Assembly (NCBI GenBank): GCA_963796685.1
Contig: CAWCMR010000008.1
Location: 128,001 to 192,000, forward strand
DNA: 64,000 nucleotides
Direction of reading: 5' to 3'
Source of the DNA: an uncultured delta proteobacterium
GTDB lineage: Bacteria; Myxococcota_A; Polyangia; Fen-1088
Below are positions 63,445-64,000 of this stretch, in pieces; the stretch's first letter is position 1, and every line of letters begins with the position of its first letter. A model generated the notes under the pieces. The model saw only the letters and a program-made list of their open reading frames with translations, had not been told where the DNA came from and searched no databases. Both the position numbers and the translations under genes were made by a program.

Positions 63445-64000
63445 GGAGCGCCTCCGGCCTTGCTGTCGGGACCGCTGGATGCAGCCGGCGGCTTGGCGTC
63501 GGTGTACTTCACGCCAGGCTTGCGCACGTAGCCGGTGATCGGCTGCTTGAGCTTGCCTTTGATGGTTCCCTTCAGGGTTTCAATGGGCAGCGGCGGTTCG
63601 AGCTCGAAGTAGAAGCCGCGCGTGGGCAGGCGCATGTCGTAGACCTCGCCTTCCCAATAGAAGGTGCGCCGGAACCCAAGCGCCATGGGGCCCAGCACTT
63701 TGGCCCTGCGGTGGCCGAGCACGAAGGAAAACAAGCGTACCGCGAGGTTGTTGTAGAGCCGATGACAACCGTGCGAGAAGCGCCCGCGCAAGGATAGGTA
63801 ATCGAACGAGCCGTGGGTGCGAATGCCGTTGTCGAAATAGGCCAGGCTCGCGCCGTGCCGACGCAGCTGCTCGTGAATCCCGGCCACGAGGCCGTAGGCC
63901 GACAGGTAACCGGGGCCGGTCTCGTCGTAGTTGACCACGTGCGGATAGGCGCCGGCGACCCACTTGGTCTTGACCATCGCGCCAAGCGGCGCGGAGGTCG
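63441..64000 (-). CDS. L,D-transpeptidase (YkuD family), 5'-partial
   Basis: GIRTHGS...FSHGCHRLYN (His...HGC catalytic motif). Confidence 0.85.
   Translation of the reverse strand, partial: TSAPLGAMVKTKWVAGAYPHVVNYDETGPGYLSAYGLVAGIHEQLRRHGASLAYFDNGIRTHGSFDYLSLRGRFSHGCHRLYNNLAVRLFSFVLGHRRAKVLGPMALGFRRTFYWEGEVYDMRLPTRGFYFELEPPLPIETLKGTIKGKLKQPITGYVRKPGVKYTDAKPPAASSGPDSKAGGAP

Overview
This is a high-GC bacterial chromosome window. Gene content (Ser/Thr kinases, extra Hsp70, ECF sigma/anti-sigma-TPR clusters, vWA lipoprotein, sigma54 promoters) points to Myxococcota; this is inference. Bases 1-13.2 kb carry a two-component pair, LysR/short leuA, and an Hsp70-J-domain-Ser/Thr kinase-lipoprotein cluster. 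tRNA-Val(TAC) at 13243 is followed by a mosaic accessory stretch to about 48 kb. It holds a decayed DUF1016 gene, vapBC, hipB with a kinase-less hipA, a clan GH-A lipoprotein, ptsP, a membrane-anchored GHMP kinase, an ECF trans-envelope-like module, two TamB-like genes plus tamA, an RNB nuclease, OmpA, REP elements and a MITE. Bases 48-64 kb are mostly housekeeping: rmuC, a ParE-family TA pair, GH3, metF, yqeY, topo IV-like A and B subunits, YcbK, dCMP deaminase, a kinase and an L,D-transpeptidase. About a dozen single-base frameshifts, including one in the topoisomerase, look like long-read consensus errors and cluster at AGCT and GATC motifs. No CRISPR array, integrase or prophage was seen. 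All calls are by eye, with no database searches.
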